Assembly: GCA_963749075.1 (NCBI GenBank)
Contig: CAVVLJ010000020.1
Span: 288,001-352,000 of the forward strand
Length of the DNA: 64,000 nt
Origin: an uncultured Pseudomonadota bacterium
GTDB taxonomy: Bacteria > Pseudomonadota > Alphaproteobacteria > JACZXZ01
Reading direction: 5' to 3'
Position numbers and translations under genes: made by a program. The notes beneath the pieces were generated by a model. It did not search any database. It saw nothing but the letters and a program-made list of their open reading frames with translations, and was not told the origin of the DNA. Shown here one piece after another: positions 1-9,268 of this stretch (its first letter is position 1; every line of letters begins with the position of its first letter).

Positions 1-1
1 C

Positions 2-577
2 GTCCACCGCGGGCGCATGAAGGAATGGGCCGAGTTCTACGAGCGGCTCTTCAATTTCCGCGAGATGAAATATTTCGACATCGAGGGCAAGCTGACCGGC
101 CTCAGGTCGAAGGCCATGGTGAGCCCCTGCGGCAAGATCCGCATCCCGATCAACGAGAGCGCCGACGAGCGCTCGCAGATCGCCGAGTATCTCGACGCCT
201 ATCGCGGCGAGGGCATCCAGCACATCGCCCTTGCCGCGAGCGACATCTATGCGACGGTCGAGGCGCTCACCGCGCGGGAGCTGCCGTTCCAGACGGTGCC
301 CGACGCCTACTACGAGCAGCTCGACGCCCGCCTCCCCGGCCACGGCGAGGACCTCGAGCGCCTGCGCAAGAGCCGCATCCTCATCGATGGTGCTCCCACC
401 AAGGACGGCGGGCGGCTCCTGCAGATCTTCACCCGGAACCTGATCGGCCCGATCTTCCTCGAGATCATCCAGCGCAAGGGCGACGAGGGATTCGGCGAGG
501 GCAATTTCCGCGCCCTCTTCGAATCGATCGAGCTCGATCAGATCCGCCGCGGCGTGCTCAAGAGCGAGGGGGCGTGA
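2..577 (+). CDS. hppD: 4-hydroxyphenylpyruvate dioxygenase, C-terminal part (begins before window)
   Basis: Motifs GEGIQHIAL, LLQIFT, FLEIIQRKG, GFGEGNF; frame open to the window edge. Confidence 0.95.
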   Translation, partial: VHRGRMKEWAEFYERLFNFREMKYFDIEGKLTGLRSKAMVSPCGKIRIPINESADERSQIAEYLDAYRGEGIQHIALAASDIYATVEALTARELPFQTVPDAYYEQLDARLPGHGEDLERLRKSRILIDGAPTKDGGRLLQIFTRNLIGPIFLEIIQRKGDEGFGEGNFRALFESIELDQIRRGVLKSEGA

Positions 578-823
578 GCTCCTGCCGGCCGCGGCGTTCC
601 GCGGGCCGGGCGCCGCGCCAGGCTGCGAGATCATAGCCGCCGGGTCCGGCGACGAAGGCCGCATCATCGTTCCCGCCATCATTGCAGCGCGGGCCGGCTC
701 TTGTTGGCACCCCTTATCGATAACAATGCTTTTACGCTTCGATAACCGTTTCTTTAGATTTCGCGGCATAGCCTGCAGCGGTCGCGGCATGGTGACGTGC
801 CGCGATTGGGTGACCCAAAACTA

Positions 824-855
824 GCCCCGCCGGCAAAACCCGGCGGGGTCTCTTC
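824..855 (+). terminator. GC-rich hairpin, terminator-like
   Basis: CCCCGCCGG-CAAAAC-CCGGCGGGG followed by TCTCTT. Confidence 0.45.
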
Positions 856-960
856 CGCGCCCTTCCTGCGAGCCTCGGCAGGAAGCCGAAGCGCCAGCTG
901 CCGCACGCCCATCGTCGCTTGAGGGGCTGCTGGAGCGGGTTTTGCGAGAGGGAGGGGGCG

Positions 961-1230
961 ATGGCAGGAAAGTACAACATGCTGCGCGTGCATCTGAAAC
1001 TCTTGACGGATGCCTCGGTCGTCTTGACCTTCAACGAAATTGAAAAACTGATGGGCGGACCTCTGCCGCCCGCCGCGAGATCGCACCTCGAATGGTGGGC
1101 AAACGAGGCGATCCCGACCAGAGGTCATCCCCAGTGTCACGCCTGGCGCGATACGGGCTACAACGCCTATCCGAACCTGACTGCGGAGACCGTAACCTTC
1201 CGGCGCTCGCCGGAAGGCCGCCGCAATTGA
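961..1230 (+). CDS. small conserved protein, DUF7662-like
   Basis: Pattern KY..L..LTFNEIE..LG.PLP..A...WWAN...H.Q..AW...G....V.F; GGGAGG RBS before ATG 961. Confidence 0.7.
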   Translation: MAGKYNMLRVHLKLLTDASVVLTFNEIEKLMGGPLPPAARSHLEWWANEAIPTRGHPQCHAWRDTGYNAYPNLTAETVTFRRSPEGRRN

Positions 1231-1461
1231 TCCCGCGCCTCCGTCCCGGGGCTGCCGGCGAGCTCTCCCTCGCGGGGCACCCGCACGAGAGGCACATCGA
1301 GCGGGAGGTTCGCCCGCGCGCGGCTTAGGGCGGAATCCGAGCAAGCCGAAACACCCGTCGTCACCGCCGCCAAAGCGCTACGGGATTCACGCGGATCCGA
1401 AGATCGCTGGCAAATCACGGCGCCGCGCAGTGCAGAGGCGCCTCGGACTGAGTGCGGTGGG

Positions 1462-1571
1462 TCCTTCGAGACGCTCGCTGCGCTCGCTCCTCAGGACGAG
1501 GTGAAGTCTTTCTGCCATACACGAAATCGCCTCATCCTGAGGAGCGCCCCGAAGGGGCGCGTCTCGAAGGA
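1462..1571. repeat. REP/RIME-like inverted pair (CCTTCGAGACG..CTCCTCAGGA family)
   Basis: TCCTTCGAGACG..GCTCCTCAGGACGAG and its inverted partner CTCATCCTGAGGAGC..CGTCTCGAAGGA; related copy at 34762-34916. Confidence 0.8.
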
Positions 1572-1618
1572 GCCCCGGTGGCACTGCAAGCCTTCTCGAG
1601 ATGCGTGAACGCCGTAGC

Positions 1619-1669
1619 GCGAAAGCGGGGGTCCACAGGCTGCTGGATTCCCGCTTTCGCGGGAATGAC
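1619..1669. repeat. REP-like palindrome (GTCATTCCCGCGAAAGCGGGAATCCA family)
   Basis: GCGAAAGCGGGGGTCCA..TGGATTCCCGCTTTCGCGGGAATGAC between convergent genes. Confidence 0.75.
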
Positions 1670-1706
1670 GCTGCAAACACCTGATGAGACTTGCGCGGAT
1701 CACCCT

Positions 1707-2138
1707 CTAGCCCGGCTCCCAGCCCGGCGGCGCCAGCTCGAAGCCGGCGAAGCTGAAGGCGGGCGCCACCGTGCAGCCGACGAGGCTGTAGGCGCCGAGC
1801 GTTGCCGCACTCTGCCAGACGCGCGCGGGCACGGCGATCTGCGGCCGCTCGCCGGCAAGCAAATCATTGCCGAGCTTATGGCTGAAGGGCGTGCCGCCCT
1901 CCGCCGAGAGTGCCAGCGACAGGGCCGCTCCCGCGTGGAAGTGCCAGATCTCGACCGCGTCGATGCGGTGCCAGTGGGAGCGCTCGCCGGCCTTGAGCAG
2001 ATAATAGATGGCCGTCACCGCACCGCGCGCGCCGCCCGCGCCGTGGTCGCGGAAGATTTCGCGGTAGTGCCCGCCCTCCGGATGCGGGACGAGGCCGAGC
2101 GCGCGGACGATCGCCTCGGCCTCGTCTCTCAAGGGCAT
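1707..2138 (-). CDS. cupin domain protein (Cupin_5/DUF985)
   Basis: PHPEGGHY, TAIYYLL, SHWHR..EIWH, GCTVAPAF motifs. Confidence 0.9.
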   Translation of the reverse strand: MPLRDEAEAIVRALGLVPHPEGGHYREIFRDHGAGGARGAVTAIYYLLKAGERSHWHRIDAVEIWHFHAGAALSLALSAEGGTPFSHKLGNDLLAGERPQIAVPARVWQSAATLGAYSLVGCTVAPAFSFAGFELAPPGWEPG

Positions 2139-2142
2139 CGGG

Positions 2143-2745
2143 CTATTCCTTGGGAACGGTCGCCTGCATGGAGGGGCGTTTGGCGAAGCGCTCGTACCAC
2201 GCCGCGAGGTTCGGCGCCGCCGGCCGCCAGGGCTCGTGCGTGAAGCGGTAATCGAGATAGCCGCAGACCACGCCCGCCGCGATCTGGCCGATGGTCACCG
2301 CCTCGCCCCAGCTTGCGGCCTCGCTCTCGAGGGCGGCCAAGCCGCGCCTCATCGCGGCGGCCTGGCGCTCGATCCAGGCCTTGTCCTGCTGCGCGGGCGG
2401 CCGCTGGCTCTCGTGGCGCCTCAAAATCGCCGCATCGAGCACGCCGTCGGCGAGCGCCTGCAGCTTGAGCGCCTGCCAGCGCGCCGGCCCCGCCGCGGGG
2501 AACAGCTTGGCGCCTCGATTGAGGCTGTCGAGATACTCGCAGATCACCGGCGAATCGTAGAGTGCCGTGCCCTCGTCGGTGACGAGGGCCGGGATCTTGC
2601 CGAGTGGATTGACCTCTGCGATGTCGGTGTCCGGCGCATGCACCATGGTGCGGACGCGCTCGATGCGCCCCTCGAGACCGGCCTCGTAGGCGGCCACCAC
2701 CACCTTGCGCGTATAGGGCGAGATCGGCCCGTAGCGGAGCTTCAT
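2143..2745 (-). CDS. glutathione S-transferase family protein
   Basis: SPYTRKV, NPLGKIPAL, YDSPVICEYLD; GGAGGT RBS before ATG 2745. Confidence 0.9.
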   Translation of the reverse strand: MKLRYGPISPYTRKVVVAAYEAGLEGRIERVRTMVHAPDTDIAEVNPLGKIPALVTDEGTALYDSPVICEYLDSLNRGAKLFPAAGPARWQALKLQALADGVLDAAILRRHESQRPPAQQDKAWIERQAAAMRRGLAALESEAASWGEAVTIGQIAAGVVCGYLDYRFTHEPWRPAAPNLAAWYERFAKRPSMQATVPKE

Positions 2746-2764
2746 CCAAGACCTCCAGGTGCTG

Positions 2765-3535
2765 TCAGAAATTGTCCTTGCGCAGGCGCACCTCGGCGAA
2801 GACGGCGACCGCGTCCGAGCCGGCAAGCCCGATGGTCTCGGCGATGCCCGGCTCGTCGGCGCGCAGGAAGGGATTGGTCGCCCGCTCCTCGGCGATCGTC
2901 GAGGGGATGGTCGGCAGCCCCTTGGCGCGCGCCGCGTCGACGGCCTTGGCGCGCGCCTGGAGTGCGGCGTTCGCGGGCTCGACCGTGAGGGCGAAGCGCG
3001 CGTTCGACTGGGTGTACTCGTGCCCGCAATAGACGCGCGTCTCGGGCGGCAGCGCCTTGAGCCGGCCGAGGGAGTGCCACATTTGCGCGGCCGTGCCCTC
3101 GAAGGTGCGGCCGCAGCCGATGGCGAAGAGCGTGTCGCCGCAGAAGACCGCCGCGGATTCGGGGAACCAGAAGGCGATGTGGCCGCGCGTATGGCCAGGG
3201 ATGAAGAGGATGCGCGCCTCGGCTTGGCCGAGCCGCCAGCTCGCGCCGTCGTCGAGTGCCACGTCGATGTTGGGGATGCGCCCCTCGTCCGCCTTGGGCC
3301 CGACGACGATGGCGCCCGTCGCCGCCTTGAGCGCCGGATTGCCGCCCGTATGGTCCCAGTGGTGGTGGGTGTTGAGGATGTGGGTGAGCTTCCAGCCGTG
3401 CTGGGCGAGCGCCTTCATCACCGGCTCGGCCTCGGAGGGATCGACGACGCCCACGGCGCCCGTGGCCGTGTCGCGCAGCAGATAGGCGTAATTGTCCCTG
3501 AGGCAGGGAACGAGGACGATTTCGAGGACGGACAT
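2765..3535 (-). CDS. gloB: hydroxyacylglutathione hydrolase (glyoxalase II)
   Basis: THHHWDH, PGHTRGH, GDTLF, CGHEYT, ERATNPFLR. Confidence 0.95.
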   Translation of the reverse strand: MSVLEIVLVPCLRDNYAYLLRDTATGAVGVVDPSEAEPVMKALAQHGWKLTHILNTHHHWDHTGGNPALKAATGAIVVGPKADEGRIPNIDVALDDGASWRLGQAEARILFIPGHTRGHIAFWFPESAAVFCGDTLFAIGCGRTFEGTAAQMWHSLGRLKALPPETRVYCGHEYTQSNARFALTVEPANAALQARAKAVDAARAKGLPTIPSTIAEERATNPFLRADEPGIAETIGLAGSDAVAVFAEVRLRKDNF

Positions 3536-3643
3536 GGCGTGCCCTGCAGCTGGATTTGCGGAAGCCGACGTTAGCACAAGCGCGCGGCGCTGCCAGCCGA
3601 TGTGTTGGGCTGATCGAGGCGTCAATCCGGTTGCGACGCCGGT

Positions 3644-4669
3644 TCAGCCGCCGGTGACGCTCATGTGGCGGGGGACGGCCGGGCGGATGGCTCTGCGGTC
3701 CATGACGAAGTCGTGACCCTTGGGCTTGCGCCGGATCGCCTCGCGAATCGCGGCGACGAGTTGAGCATCGTCATCGGACGCGCGCACCGGCGCGCGCAGG
3801 TCGGCGGCGTCCTCCTGCCCCAGGCACATGAAGAGGATGCCTTTGCAAGTCAGCCGTACCCGATTGCATGACTCGCAGAAGTTGTGGGTCATCGGCGTGA
3901 TGAAGCCGATCCGCCCGCCCGTCTCCCTGGCGGTGAAGTATCGGGCCGGCCCGCCCGTACGGTAGTCGGTCTCCTCGAGCGTATAGCGCTCGGCCAGCCT
4001 GGCGCGCAGCATGGAGAGCGCGAGGTACTGGTCGAGCCGGACCGCGCCTCCGATCTCCCCCATCGGCATGACTTCGATGAAGGTGATGTCGTGGCCTTCG
4101 CCGTGCGCCCAGGCGACGAGCCCCGCAGCCTCGTCGTCGTTGACGCCCTTGAGCGCCACCACGTTGATCTTGATGGCGAGCCCTGCGGCCTTGGCCGCCG
4201 CGATGCCGTACAGTATGCGCTCGAGCTTGCCCCAGCGCGTGATCGCCGCGAATTTGGCGGGCTCGAGCGTGTCGAGCGACACGTTGACCCGGCGGACGCC
4301 GCAGTCTCGCAGCTCGCCGGCGTAGCGCGCGAGCTGGCTGCCGTTCGTGGTGAGCGTCAGCTCCGCGAGCGCGCCGCTGTGGACGAGCCGTCCCAAGCCA
4401 CGGAAGAGACTCATGATGTTGCGCCGGACGAGCGGCTCGCCGCCGGTCAAGCGAAGCTTACTGACCCCGAGCCGTACAAAGGCGGCACACACCCGCTCGA
4501 GCTCCTCCAGACTCAGGATCTCGGCCCTGGGCACGAAAGTCATGTCCTCCGCCATGCAATAAACGCAACGGAGGTCGCAGCGATCCGTCACCGAGACCCT
4601 GAGGTAGGTGATCCGGCGTTGGAACGGGTCGATCATCCAGTCCCCGCGCGCAACGCCCAGGCTATCCAT
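3644..4669 (-). CDS. moaA: GTP 3',8-cyclase (molybdenum cofactor biosynthesis)
   Basis: CDLRCVYC radical SAM motif, [10 protein letters not shown]-terminal MSVTGG. Confidence 0.95.
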   Translation of the reverse strand: MDSLGVARGDWMIDPFQRRITYLRVSVTDRCDLRCVYCMAEDMTFVPRAEILSLEELERVCAAFVRLGVSKLRLTGGEPLVRRNIMSLFRGLGRLVHSGALAELTLTTNGSQLARYAGELRDCGVRRVNVSLDTLEPAKFAAITRWGKLERILYGIAAAKAAGLAIKINVVALKGVNDDEAAGLVAWAHGEGHDITFIEVMPMGEIGGAVRLDQYLALSMLRARLAERYTLEETDYRTGGPARYFTARETGGRIGFITPMTHNFCESCNRVRLTCKGILFMCLGQEDAADLRAPVRASDDDAQLVAAIREAIRRKPKGHDFVMDRRAIRPAVPRHMSVTGG

Positions 4670-4690
4670 CGATGATTCCCCGAAGAGAGG

Positions 4691-4722
4691 TGCCGCGCGG
4701 GATCCTGGGATCCCGCGCGGCA
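4691..4722 (-). terminator. stem-loop between aioA and moaA
   Basis: TGCCGCGCGGGATC / GATCCCGCGCGGCA perfect arms; only a weak U tract. Confidence 0.55.
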
Positions 4723-4735
4723 GGAGCGCGCGCGC

Positions 4736-7195
4736 CTATGACACGCGATAGCCCATGGATTTGAATGTCAGCTGCTTCGTGACCTCAGGGGCAGAGGCGA
4801 TTTTCCGGATATTTCCCCAGGTCTGCTTGTAGTTCGGGATGATCAGCTCGTTCACCCCCTTCGATACCACGTCGCCTTGCACGCCCATCGGATTGGCGAA
4901 CAGCATGAAGGCCTGTTTCCGCTTCGCCGTCGGCGTGGGATAGACCATCGCTTGGGTCGAGCCGTTGTCGTTGTACACCTCGACCAAGTCGCCTTGGCCA
5001 ACCCCAAGCTCCTTCATATCGTCGGGATTCATTTCGATGAAGGGGAGCGGCCAGCGTCCCATCACGAAGTCGTTCTGCTGGTCGAGGTACGCCGATTGCC
5101 AAATATGGTTGGTGCGGCCGTTGTTGATGAGGAAAGCGAACTTGTCCTTCTCGGCCTGCTTGCCGGGCGCTTCGAGGCCGCGCCACTGGGTCGCCATGAA
5201 ATGGGCCTTGCCGTCCTTGGTGCCGAACTTGCCGTCCGTGTAGAGGCGCCTGGTGCCGACGATCTTGTCGTTCTCGAAGCCGGTCGCCGGCTCCTGGAAG
5301 CCGTTCGTGCCCATGGCGCGCAGGCGCGCGTAGGTCACGAATTGGCCGCCCGTGGCATGCTTGTGGTAGCCGTCCATGAAGGCGTCTTCCTCGGTCTTCC
5401 AGTCATACCCCCGGAACTTGTCGGCGACGGCCGCCTTGCCGGCCTTGCGCCAGGAGCGCTCGAGCGCCTGGGCAAGCCCGGCCACGATCAAGGAGTCGGG
5501 TCTCGCATTGCCGGGCGGGTCCATGTAGCGCTCGGTCAGGCGCATGCGCCGCTCGCCGTTCATCGATGTCAGGTTCGCCTCGCCCGAGGTGGCCGCCGGC
5601 AGGAGGACGTGGGCAGCCTGGCCGATCTTGGTCGGGATGAGGTCAACGTCGACGACGAAGAGACCGCCCTTCCCGAGCGCGCCCATGATGGCATTGATCT
5701 GGGCTTCGCGGTCGCCGTAGGGCACCGCCGACATGGCATCCTTCACCATGTCCGTGCGGCGCTTGTAGACGTTCTTGAACTCGAGGGCGTTGAGCGTCGT
5801 CTTGTAGTGATCGCAGCCCCAGATGTGATGCACGCCGCCCTTGCCGCCGATGAGGAGCTGGTCGATGTAGACGGCCGGCCGGCCGCCGGGATAGTCCGGC
5901 CGGACATAGCCCTCCTGGTGACCGCCCATGCGGACGCATCCGCCGCCTGGACGGCCGATGTTGCCTGTGGCCAGCGCCAGATTCACCAGGGCGCCGTTGG
6001 TTCGGTAGTTGTCGTTGCCCCAGATCAGGCCTTTCTCGTAGGAGAACATCGTACGGCGGCGCTTGCCGTCCTTGGGCTCTGCGATGAAAGCCGCCGCGCG
6101 CTCCATCTGCTGCACCGTCAAGCCGGTAATCTTTGCCGCGTCCTCGAGGGTGGTCCGGTTGGCTTTGAGCATCTCGTCGAAGCCGGAGGTGTGCTCGGCG
6201 ATGAACGCCTTGTCGATCCAGCCCTTCTCCACGACGTAAGTCAGCAGCGCATTGAAAAGCACAAGATCGGTCCCCGAATTGATCGGGAGATGCAACATGC
6301 GATCCTTGCCTGCCTCAACCTCGCAGGCATTGACGGTGACGGTGCGGCGAGGATCGACGATGACGATGCGAGCGGCCGCATGCGCCTCGCCTGGTATCTC
6401 GGCTTTCTTCTTGTCGAGCAATTCGCCGCGCAGGTTCGGGATCCAGTGGTTGAGAAAATAATTGGTCTGCGTCTCGAGAGTGTTCGTGCCGACGGCGAAG
6501 ATGGTGTCTGCCAGCTCGGCATCCTCGTAGCAGTTGTTGAGCTCGCCGACTCCCATGTCGCGCGTGGCATGAACTTCCGAATTGTAGGCGGGCCGATTGT
6601 GGATGCGGATGTTCTTGATCTTCATGCTCTCGAAATAGAGCTTGCCGGTGGCCCACGTGTTCTCGTAGCCGCCGCCCGCGCCGCCGTGGTCGTAGGCGGA
6701 CACGATCAGGCCGTCCTCGCCTTGGATCTCGACCACGCGGCGCGTCACCTCCGCGACCAGCTCGAGCGCGTCGTCCCACGACGTGGGATAGAGGCCGCCG
6801 TATCGCCAAACCATCGGGTCCGTCAGCCGTTGAGCCTGAGTGCCGGTCGTCTCCGAGAACGACATTTCCGCGATGCGCGCGCCGCGAATCGAGCCGAGAC
6901 CGGAATTCACGACGCAGTCGTGATCGGGCTTGACCACGAGATGCACATCCCGGCCGTTCTGCTTGACGATGTTGTACATGGAGGGCGAGAACCAATTCGC
7001 GGTCATGGCACCCTGCTGCTGCGACAGATCCGCGCCGAAGGCATTGAGGGAGGGCGCGGTTCCGCCCTGTCTGTCGATGTCCCAGCTGTACGCCTTGTAG
7101 CCGCAGCCGACGATGCAATAGTGGCAGACGACATTGTGGACCTTGGCGTCCTTGGGCGGGATGGGAAGGCGGTCGATGTTTCGTTTGTAGGTCAT
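4736..7195 (-). CDS. aioA: arsenite oxidase large (Mo-bisPGD, 3Fe-4S) subunit
   Basis: CHYCIVGCGY, HNRPAYNSEVHATRDMG, YEKGLIWGNDNY, GGHQEG. Confidence 0.98.
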   Translation of the reverse strand: MTYKRNIDRLPIPPKDAKVHNVVCHYCIVGCGYKAYSWDIDRQGGTAPSLNAFGADLSQQQGAMTANWFSPSMYNIVKQNGRDVHLVVKPDHDCVVNSGLGSIRGARIAEMSFSETTGTQAQRLTDPMVWRYGGLYPTSWDDALELVAEVTRRVVEIQGEDGLIVSAYDHGGAGGGYENTWATGKLYFESMKIKNIRIHNRPAYNSEVHATRDMGVGELNNCYEDAELADTIFAVGTNTLETQTNYFLNHWIPNLRGELLDKKKAEIPGEAHAAARIVIVDPRRTVTVNACEVEAGKDRMLHLPINSGTDLVLFNALLTYVVEKGWIDKAFIAEHTSGFDEMLKANRTTLEDAAKITGLTVQQMERAAAFIAEPKDGKRRRTMFSYEKGLIWGNDNYRTNGALVNLALATGNIGRPGGGCVRMGGHQEGYVRPDYPGGRPAVYIDQLLIGGKGGVHHIWGCDHYKTTLNALEFKNVYKRRTDMVKDAMSAVPYGDREAQINAIMGALGKGGLFVVDVDLIPTKIGQAAHVLLPAATSGEANLTSMNGERRMRLTERYMDPPGNARPDSLIVAGLAQALERSWRKAGKAAVADKFRGYDWKTEEDAFMDGYHKHATGGQFVTYARLRAMGTNGFQEPATGFENDKIVGTRRLYTDGKFGTKDGKAHFMATQWRGLEAPGKQAEKDKFAFLINNGRTNHIWQSAYLDQQNDFVMGRWPLPFIEMNPDDMKELGVGQGDLVEVYNDNGSTQAMVYPTPTAKRKQAFMLFANPMGVQGDVVSKGVNELIIPNYKQTWGNIRKIASAPEVTKQLTFKSMGYRVS

Positions 7196-7205
7196 AGTGT
7201 CCTCC

Positions 7206-7736
7206 CTATGCCTTCAGGACGTTGCTGAGGCGGCCATAGATCAGCTCGTCGACCGCGATCGCGTGGATGTCGCCCTTTTCGTCCACCCGTAACTTGAATT
7301 GCGGAAGGTTCTGCGTCGCCTGCCCCCAGATTTCCTGGCCGCCCTTCTCGCAGTCGAAGCGCGAGTAGTGGCCCGGACAGTTGAGCGTCTTGTCCGCCGC
7401 CACGTAGTTGAGGGGAAACCCCTTGTGCGGGCAGATGATCGAGAAAGCGACGACGTCCCGCTCCGGGCCTACGCCGCCCTCGACCGCGTGGCCGAGCTTG
7501 AGGAGAACGCCCGGCGAGTCCGCGTCCGGATAGGCGATGGAGACCGGCTGGTCGACTTTGAGGTCCTTCAGGCTAGCGAGCCGCTTGCTCGGATAATTGA
7601 CCCGCGCCAAGGAAGGCGCCGCGACCGCGTCCCCCGCGGGCGCCATGGTTGCCGCCACGCCTGCGGCAGCCGCCGCCGCCCCGCCGCGCAGGAATTGACG
7701 CCGTCCTAGATCGACGAGCTTGTCGCATTGGCGCAT
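7206..7736 (-). CDS. aioB: arsenite oxidase Rieske small subunit with Tat signal
   Basis: GRRQFL Tat motif, CPHKG and CPGHYS Rieske motifs, GRLSNVL end; GGGAGG RBS. Confidence 0.97.
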   Translation of the reverse strand: MRQCDKLVDLGRRQFLRGGAAAAAAGVAATMAPAGDAVAAPSLARVNYPSKRLASLKDLKVDQPVSIAYPDADSPGVLLKLGHAVEGGVGPERDVVAFSIICPHKGFPLNYVAADKTLNCPGHYSRFDCEKGGQEIWGQATQNLPQFKLRVDEKGDIHAIAVDELIYGRLSNVLKA

Positions 7737-7777
7737 GCGTTCCTCCCTTTGCCAAAGCTGCTTGCGCAAAGAGGCCT

Positions 7778-7793
7778 AGCACTCGCCATGCCA
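7778..7793 (-). promoter_or_regulatory. sigma54 -24/-12 promoter of aioBA
   Basis: Minus strand TGGCATGGCGAGTGCT (GG-N10-GC), about 40 bp upstream of aioB. Confidence 0.75.
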
Positions 7794-7856
7794 CCGGGCT
7801 GGATCCGTCAAGCTTTTGAAATAGAAGGAAATTCAGCCGTAGATCTGGAGCAAATC

Positions 7857-7903
7857 GTCTGGATTTCCGAACGCCGCGGCGAGCCATGTTCGAGAAACGG
7901 AAC
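7857..7903. promoter_or_regulatory. two candidate AioR upstream activator sites
   Basis: GTCTGGATTTCCGAAC (7857-7872) and GTTCGAGAAACGGAAC (7888-7903), GTTC-N8-GAAC-like, 31 bp apart. Confidence 0.6.
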
Positions 7904-7930
7904 GCGCTGCGCCGGGAGCGGGCCGGCCGC

Positions 7931-9268
7931 TCAGACCGCCTCGTCGGTGGAGATGCCGAGCTTCCTCATTTTCTCCCAAAGCGTGGTTCGCGAGACCGCA
8001 AGGATCTCGGCTGCCTTGCCGACCTGGCCCGCGGTGCGCTCCAAGGCGGCCATGATGTGCCGCCGCTCGGCCTCCTGGCGCGCCGCGGCGAGGGAGGGGA
8101 TTTCCTGCGACGGCCCGTCATGGTGATGGCGAACGGGAAAGAGGTCGGCCGCGGCGAGCCATGGGCCGGCGGCAAGCGCCACCGCCCGCTCCGCGCGGTT
8201 CCGGAGCTCGCGGACGTTGCCGGGCCAGTCGTGGCCGAGTGCCGCCGACTCGGCGCCCGTGGTCAGCCCGCGGACCTCTGAGTGCATGGCTAAGGCGAAA
8301 TAAGCGACGTATTTCTGGAGCAGCGGCAAGATGTCGTCCGCGCGCTCGCGGAGCGGTCCAATGTGCACCGGGATCACGTTGATGCGGTAATACAAATCCT
8401 GACGGAACTCGCCCGCGCGAACGAGCCGGTCGAGCTCGGCGTTCGTCGAGCACACGAGGCGGGCCGCGAACTGGATCGGCTTCTCTCCCCCCAGCCGAAG
8501 GAAAACGCGCTCCTGCACGAGGCGCAGGAGCTTGGCTTGAACTGGCGGCGGCAATTCGCAAATCTCGTCGAGGAAAAGGATCCCGTCGCGAGCGCGCTCC
8601 GCGTAGCCCTCGTGCCGCACGTGGGCGCCCGTGAAAGCGCCTCTTTCGTGGCCAAAGAGCTCGCTCTCGAGCAGGGCGGCGGGAACTGCCGCGCAGTTGA
8701 CGGCGACGAACGGCCGGGGGGCGCGGCGCGATATCTGATGGACGAAACGTGCCGCGACCTCTTTGCCGACGCCGCTCTCGCCGGTCAGCAGCAGCGTGCT
8801 ATCGATGTCCGCGACCCGGCGGAGAAGGGCCTCGACGCGGCGCATGGCTTTGGAGGCGCCCAGCGTCCCGGGCGGTCCGCCCTCGGCAGTCGCCTTGCGC
8901 TCGAGCAGATGCTCGATGCGCGAGAGGAAGTCCTCCATGTGGAACGGCTTGGTGATGTAGTCGTCGGCGCCGGCGCGGATGAGGCGGACCGCCTGGTCGA
9001 TCTCGCCGTAAGCCGTGATGAAGAGGATCGGGCTGGCATTGAGGTCCGGCAGAGCGTCCCGGAACACCTCCTCGCCGCTCATGTCCGGCAACTTGATGTC
9101 GCATATCATCAGGTCGGGCCGCCGCTTCCGCAGCGCCTCGAGCGCCTCCTTGCCCGTATGCCACCAGACGGCATCGAAGCCTTCGAGGGTCAGCCGCTGC
9201 ACGATCGATTCCCCCATGATGGGGTCGTCCTCGAGGATTGCGATCCGTCGAGCGTTAGGCGACAGCAT
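7931..9268 (-). CDS. aioR: sigma54-dependent response regulator
   Basis: Receiver domain, GESGVGKE, GAFTGA, C-terminal HTH; position in aio cluster. Confidence 0.93.
   Translation of the reverse strand: MLSPNARRIAILEDDPIMGESIVQRLTLEGFDAVWWHTGKEALEALRKRRPDLMICDIKLPDMSGEEVFRDALPDLNASPILFITAYGEIDQAVRLIRAGADDYITKPFHMEDFLSRIEHLLERKATAEGGPPGTLGASKAMRRVEALLRRVADIDSTLLLTGESGVGKEVAARFVHQISRRAPRPFVAVNCAAVPAALLESELFGHERGAFTGAHVRHEGYAERARDGILFLDEICELPPPVQAKLLRLVQERVFLRLGGEKPIQFAARLVCSTNAELDRLVRAGEFRQDLYYRINVIPVHIGPLRERADDILPLLQKYVAYFALAMHSEVRGLTTGAESAALGHDWPGNVRELRNRAERAVALAAGPWLAAADLFPVRHHHDGPSQEIPSLAAARQEAERRHIMAALERTAGQVGKAAEILAVSRTTLWEKMRKLGISTDEAV

Noticed and set aside
3540-3643. att site or target duplication at the island ends
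   Set aside because: No matching repeat found by eye at 22423-22506, and no tRNA or integrase nearby
4877-7228. Long antisense ORFs here and at 34945-37659, 41051-43486 and 58235-61285
   Set aside because: Shadow frames of high-GC genes with no recognisable motifs
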